From Candidatus Bathyarchaeota archaeon (GTDB lineage Archaea; Thermoproteota; Bathyarchaeia; Bathyarchaeales; Bathycorpusculaceae): a DNA stretch of 64,000 nt. Every line of letters begins with the position of its first letter. Within the stretch, counting starts at the first letter, position 1. Shown here piece after piece: positions 58,520 through 64,000 of this stretch. Made by a program: the position numbers and the translations under genes. The notes below the pieces were generated by a model that saw nothing but the letters and a program-made list of their open reading frames with translations, was not told the DNA's origin and did no database searches. The DNA lies in contig OY970176.1 in the NCBI GenBank assembly GCA_963707955.1, positions 1,152,001 through 1,216,000 on the forward strand, read 5' to 3'.

Positions 58520-59506
58520 ATGCGGATGGCAATCTGCTTGGGCAAATATGTGCTTGTAGACCGGATCGAATTCACCGTAACATATCTCTGCAATTCAAGC
58601 TGTAGCCATTGCCAGTTCGGTGAAGAAGAGAAAGGGAAGACGTTTCCAAGTCATGTTGACAAGGAAAAGGCTGTTGAAATTGTCAGAAAGGTCGGTGGAG
58701 CATATACTCCAAAATCAATCATGACGTTTGGCGGAGAGCCTCTGCTCTATCCTGAAATCGTCTGCGCAATCCACGAACAAGCAAAGAAAATGGGTATTCC
58801 TATTCGAGATGTCATCACGAACGGTTTCTGGTCGACAAAAGCAGAAAAGATTCAGGAAATCGCCCAGAACCTCGCCAAGTCTGGTGTTAATGAAGTCTCA
58901 ATTTCGGTTGACTGCTTCCATCAAGAATTCATTCCGCTCAAGACTGTTAAGAAGACCGCAACTTCACTCATCGACGCGGGAATTGAGCGCGTGCGGTGGA
59001 ATCCATGTTGGGTCGTGTCCAAAGACAATGACAACAAATACAATCGCAGGACCAAAGCAATCTTGCAGAAACTCCACAATCTGCAGGTGGAAGAGAGTGA
59101 GGGAAACAGCGTGCAGCCCAAAGGAAAAGCTCGTTCATCTTTAGCAGAATTCTTTCCGCCGAGAACGGCGATGCCGAAGGGAAAATGCGGTGATATACCC
59201 TACACGGAAAAGCTTGATTCAGTCAAAACGATTTCTGTAGAACCAGACGGAAGAGTTGCTGTCTGCGAGAATTTCTACATCGGAAACGCGTTTAAATCAG
59301 ACATCATTGATATCCTAGAGAATTATGACCCGTTCAAAATTCCTGAAGCAAAATCAATACTCGAAAAAGGCATGGACGGACTGATAAAATGGGCAAAGAA
59401 AAAAGGCGTCGAGCCAAGGCCAGAGGGATACTATAATATCTGTCACCTGTGCACCGACCTTCGAGAAAGAACAAGCATTGCATGCTCAAATTCTTCATCT
59501 CACTGA
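58520..59506 (+). CDS. Radical SAM protein with C-terminal Cys cluster
   Basis: CNSSCSHC, FGGEP, TNGFW, SVD.FHQ; C-terminal C...C...CHLC. Confidence 0.88.
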   Translation: MRMAICLGKYVLVDRIEFTVTYLCNSSCSHCQFGEEEKGKTFPSHVDKEKAVEIVRKVGGAYTPKSIMTFGGEPLLYPEIVCAIHEQAKKMGIPIRDVITNGFWSTKAEKIQEIAQNLAKSGVNEVSISVDCFHQEFIPLKTVKKTATSLIDAGIERVRWNPCWVVSKDNDNKYNRRTKAILQKLHNLQVEESEGNSVQPKGKARSSLAEFFPPRTAMPKGKCGDIPYTEKLDSVKTISVEPDGRVAVCENFYIGNAFKSDIIDILENYDPFKIPEAKSILEKGMDGLIKWAKKKGVEPRPEGYYNICHLCTDLRERTSIACSNSSSH

Positions 59507-59753
59507 GCACCAGCAAAAGATTAAAAGTTGGCCTTTCTCCATTCTCAAGGCAGTCGGATAACTTCTTCCTGATTGCCGACTAAGACCCCAAGATGATGCT
59601 GGTCTGCATACTGTTTTCAGCCTTAATTCGTACCTGCTTAGCACAAAAAAGCGCAGTTTAGGTAGTTTCGAAAGCATGGTTGAAATTGGGGCGCGAATTT
59701 GCCAGTAAAAATCGCGAACACGATGTTTCAATGATTTGTCTTGTGACGAGCGG

Positions 59754-62499
59754 CTAGTCGAGCTTGTAGTTTGCTTTCCCTTTTTCGTTTATGGCAGGTA
59801 TGGTTATGAGGAATCGGGCTCCTTGCCCAGGTTGACCTGTTTCCTGTATTGTCCAGCCATAGACTTCCATCATTTTCTTGATGAGGTACAGTCCGTAGCC
59901 TGTGCCTTTTCCGATTCCTTCTTTGAAAAGGTTGAGTTTCTCACCAGGAGTTATGCCCACGCCGTCATCTTCATAGACGAGTCTGAGTTGGTCTTCGCTT
60001 TTCTCGTAAAAAATTCTGATTTGGGTAATTTTCTTCCCGTACTTCAATGAGTTATCGATAAGGTTGTAGAAAAGCTCTCTCAAGAGAGAGTCAGCAAGAA
60101 GCTGCAAACCGTAACACTCGTTCGTCACTTTTGCGCTATACATGTCGGAAAAAAGCGAAACGGCCTCGTTGATGGTTTTCTCTGCACCTACGTACACTAA
60201 CTCTTCAGCACCCAACATCTCGTAGGCTTCTTGCAAAATCGAAAATCCTGACCGCTTGCTGAACAGCCTTTTCTATCTCCGCCACATAGTTCAGGGCTTC
60301 ACTGTTTGCAGGCAGCTTCTTCTTGGTCAAGTAGGCGTTTCCCACAACTGCGGAGAGCTTGTTTCGCACATCATGCCGACTCAACCTGCCGACAACGCGC
60401 AGTTTTTCGTTCATCGCTTCTAGTCTTTTCAACGCCTCTCTCAACCCTTCCTCCGCCTTCTTCAGCTGAGAGATGTCCTTGTACACCGCTGTGTGGCTTA
60501 TGACTTGGCCTCCAACGACTATGGGAGCCGTCGAAAAGGCAACCGGAATCAGAGTTCCATCTTTTCTCTTTCTAACGGTGTCCTCATGATACGTCTCTCC
60601 CTTACTGGCCCTTTCGTCGAACATTCTAGCCTGTTCCATTCTGTCCATTGGCACTATTATATCGTTGATGTGTTTGCCAATGACCTCGGCTGGAGAATAC
60701 CCGAAGAGCTTGGTGAAACGCGGATTGATCTCCAAGATGTGAAAGCTCGAATCCATATAGACCATTGCTTCAGGATTGGCCATGAACAGTTTCTCAAACT
60801 TCTGTTGACTCTCCTGAATTTCCTGCGCGTAGGCTTCCAGATTCTTAGAATATTCTAGTTTGATCATTGCAGTGCCTGCGTGCGACGCCAAGATTTCAAG
60901 TAGTTCCTGATCTTTTTCGTTGAAAGCATTCAATTCATTGCTTTCCACGTTTAGAACTCCGAGAACTTCGTTCCCAACCTTTATGGGCACGGCGAGTTCT
61001 GAGTGGATGTTTTCTCCGAATTTGACATAAACCGCCTCTTCACTGGTATCTCGAAGGAGAATAGTTTCACCTGCCTTTGCCACTTTGACCGTCACGCCTC
61101 TGTCCCCGTCCATTGGTAGGGTGACTGTGAAGTCCTTGGAGCGTCCTCGATTTTCTACTAGGTGGAGATTTTTTCCTTCTATCAAGAGAAAGTCGGCGAA
61201 TTTGAATCCCAGAGTTTTCTGTGCAGCGTCTAGGGCCAACTCGCAGATTTCTTGCACGCTGTTTGCCATGTTCAAGCTCTGACCGTAGTTGTTCAGAGCT
61301 GAAAGGCTTCTTTCATAACGTTTCCTTTCTGTAATGTCCCTGTACAACCCCACGGATCCGATTGTTTTGCCTTCAAACGTGATGGGAGCAACGGAAATCG
61401 ACACTGGAACTAAGGATCCGTCTTTCCTCTTTCTAACTGTTTCGTGATAAAGACATCCTTCTAAGGACGCTTTGTCCAGCATTTCTGCCTCTTCAATCTT
61501 ATCGTTCTGCACTACAACATCGTTAACGTCTTTTCCTTTGACCTCATCTAATGAGTAGCCAAAGAGTTCCGTGAAGCGGGGGTTAATGTCTAAGATAAGG
61601 GAATTTTGGTCTGTGTAAACAGCTGCTTCAGGACTATCCATGAACAGTTGTTTGAACTTCTCCTGGTTCTCCAGCAACGCTCGCTCGACTTTTTTGCGTT
61701 CGGTGATGTCGACGAAGCTTTCCACCATGTACTTGTGGCCTTTCCACGTCATCGTCACAACGGTCTTAAGAATCGGGATCTTCCCACCGTCAGCTCTTAA
61801 CAACACGCGTTCTGACTTGTCTACAGCCTGACCCAAGTCAGTAATTGGACATTTTCCTTTTTCCGCTGGACAGATAAAGTTGTGGCACACTCTTCCGATA
61901 ACATGCTCTCTCGAAGCGCCTATCGCTTCTAGCGCATTGGAATTCACGTCCATGATCTCATGCGTTTCTGCATCTATGACCAGAACCCCTGCGGAGATGG
62001 AGGATAGTATTGCTTTCAGATAGTCTTCACTCGCTCCCAGCGCCTCCTCTCTTTTTCTACCCTGAACGACTTGGAATACGCTGTGCGCCAGTTCACCGTA
62101 CACTGTTTCTGGATCGCCTACTTTGTTGAAATATCGGTCTGCGCCAAGGTTCAACGCCTTAATCGCAACTTCCTCTCTGCCTTCCCCAGTGAATATGATG
62201 AATGGAATGTCGTTTCCACCGTCCTGCAGGTCTTTCAGAAACTCAAGACCATCCTTCGTCGGCATCGCATAGTCGCAAATGACCACATCATACTTCTTAT
62301 TCTTCATCTTTTCAACAGCCGCTTCGGCAGATAATGCAGTGTCCACCTGAAGTTTGCCTTGCATCTCTAAGCACTCTTTGGCGACCTTCAAACAGCAAGA
62401 ATCATCGTCTACATGTAAAATATGCACGCGCTCCCTATCAGTCAGATTCAGGAGTACTCCAGTAGAATCAACTTTCTGTTGAACAGTTGGCTCCGTCAT
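59754..62499 (-). CDS. Hybrid sensor histidine kinase (REC-PAS-PAS-GAF-PAS-HisKA-HATPase), +1 frameshift near 60228
   Basis: ILHVDDD/CDY.MP receiver, PAS/PAC repeats (DITERK), GAF SELAVP, H-box RHDVRN, N-box NLIDNS, DDGVG, GTGYGL. Confidence 0.9.
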
Positions 62500-62787
62500 C
62501 AGCACCGACTTCCCTATCCGCATACGTAAGGAATATCGAACACGTTTCTTAGCAAACACGTTGCATAAGACAGTTGTGAATGCAGAATCAATAATTGAAA
62601 GAAAGTATGATTGGCGACTCATCTGATACTTGCTGCAACTCTTCTGAATGAAAAACAAGCGATGAATCGAAAACACTAGCGCGCTAGGTTGCGCATGAAT
62701 CGTATATCCTTAATCTTCCTCTTTACACTCGTAAGAAAACTTTAATTCTACGACGGTTTCCTGTGATAAAGAAACAGAGGAAGAATA

Positions 62788-63849
62788 TTGGCCGGACTTG
62801 GTCAACTGAAGCTTGCAATGGGAACAAGCATATTTTTGGTGGCCCTCATTTTCGCCACGTTCCTTGCAGTAATAGTATTTATCGTCCAATTGTTCGTCGG
62901 TGAAATAGGCCTGTCCATTTGGATAATCCTCATTTTGGCCCTTCCAATCGTTTTCATCCTGTTTCAGTACCTCATCGGACCAGCTCTTGTCAGAATGTCA
63001 ACCCACTTGCAATACTTGAAGCCTGGCGAAAACCCTTGGCTTGAATCCACAGTGAAGGAACTGGCAGATAAGAGCAGAATACCGATGCCGAAAATTGCCG
63101 TAGTGCCCGACAAAACGCCCAACGCGTTTGTGTTCGGAAGAACATCGAACAGCGCAACCCTCGCGGTCCACGAAGGACTGCTTAAAGACCTGAACGAAGA
63201 CGAGGTTAAAGGCGTAATCGGACACGAACTAGGACACTTGAAACACAAGGACTACATCGTCATGACGGTGCTTTCAGCACTGCCGCTCGTTGCCTATCTT
63301 ATCGCACAAGGAACAACAGAAGCAGCGTTATTATCAGGCAGGTCAAGACAAAAAAACGAAGGCGACGTGGGAGCAGCTTTGCTCGTAGTCGGAATCCTTT
63401 CCTACGTAGTCTACATAATTTCACTGCTCTGCGTAATGAGACTTAGCAGACTGCGAGAACACTACGCAGACGCCTACTCAGCCTACGTGACAAAGGCACC
63501 CAGAAATCTTGAAAGCGCCCTTACGAAGATCACGTACGGGCTCTCGCTTTCACCAAAAGCACCGTCCGGCGTAAGAGCCTTCTACATAAGTGACCCCTCG
63601 CTGGCCAAACAAGAGATGCAGGAGATAGCGGACAAGAAAGAAGAGTACGACCTGGACCACGACGGAGTCTTGGACGAAAAAGAATTGGAACTTGCAATGG
63701 AAAAAGAAGCGAAATCCACTTGGAGGACAATAAACAGTTGGTTCTCAACGCATCCGCCAACCTTCAAGCGGATAATGCTGCTACGCGAAATAGACGAAGA
63801 GATGCAAAGTGGAAAATACACAGCTGACCACATCTACACGCACGTCTAG
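62788..63849 (+). CDS. htpX: HtpX-like M48 zinc metalloprotease
   Basis: PNAFVFG, HELGH, SRLRE..AD, STHPP..KR; insert with EF-hand-like DLDHDGVLDEKE. Confidence 0.9.
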   Translation: MAGLGQLKLAMGTSIFLVALIFATFLAVIVFIVQLFVGEIGLSIWIILILALPIVFILFQYLIGPALVRMSTHLQYLKPGENPWLESTVKELADKSRIPMPKIAVVPDKTPNAFVFGRTSNSATLAVHEGLLKDLNEDEVKGVIGHELGHLKHKDYIVMTVLSALPLVAYLIAQGTTEAALLSGRSRQKNEGDVGAALLVVGILSYVVYIISLLCVMRLSRLREHYADAYSAYVTKAPRNLESALTKITYGLSLSPKAPSGVRAFYISDPSLAKQEMQEIADKKEEYDLDHDGVLDEKELELAMEKEAKSTWRTINSWFSTHPPTFKRIMLLREIDEEMQSGKYTADHIYTHV

Positions 63850-64000
63850 CAAGAGACGAACCACTTCCATTCAGCTCTTCATCAGAAATCGAAGTTCACC
63901 TCTAATCAGAAAGTCTTCAGAGTTTTTCGCTTCTTGCTCGGCTCTTGTGAAAGCTCTGTTTCCCTCAATGCACTTGCTTGTCCTCTGGTAGATGATTTAT

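Overview
64 kb of an archaeal chromosome. I infer a TACK archaeon, most likely Bathyarchaeia, from a PolB1-type polymerase, a TackOD1-like protein, an OSTC-like protein, a tRNA with a non-canonical intron and GGAGGTGA ribosome-binding sites. Most genes are housekeeping: type IV pilus operon, endonucleases IV and III, moeA x2, speB, rsmB, polB, aglB/aglH, gcvT, topA, carS, radB, clp1, ubiD, sua5, hutU/hutI/ftcD, cgi121, THUMP, ABCE1, top6AB, aIF5B, SAMP/MoaD, thermosome, tRNA-Glu and htpX. Accessory patches lie at about 9.7-15.6 kb, 42-45 kb and 58.5-62.7 kb. Most notable: (1) a compact leader upstream of a QueT-family transporter that can fold into an SD-sequestering pseudoknot with preQ1-II riboswitch-like topology, a candidate archaeal preQ0/preQ1 riboswitch; (2) an array of unrelated single genes separated by shared repeats and (GC)n tracts around an integrase relic and a tRNA 3'-end fragment; (3) micro-ORFs absent from the ORF track, including a 25-aa acidic/Trp peptide with its own expression signals upstream of ABCE1; (4) an RsmB and a cytidine deaminase lacking catalytic cysteines; (5) four +1 frameshifts, three at RGCT, which are probably systematic sequencing errors. 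All calls come from reading motifs by eye; no searches or folding programs were run.
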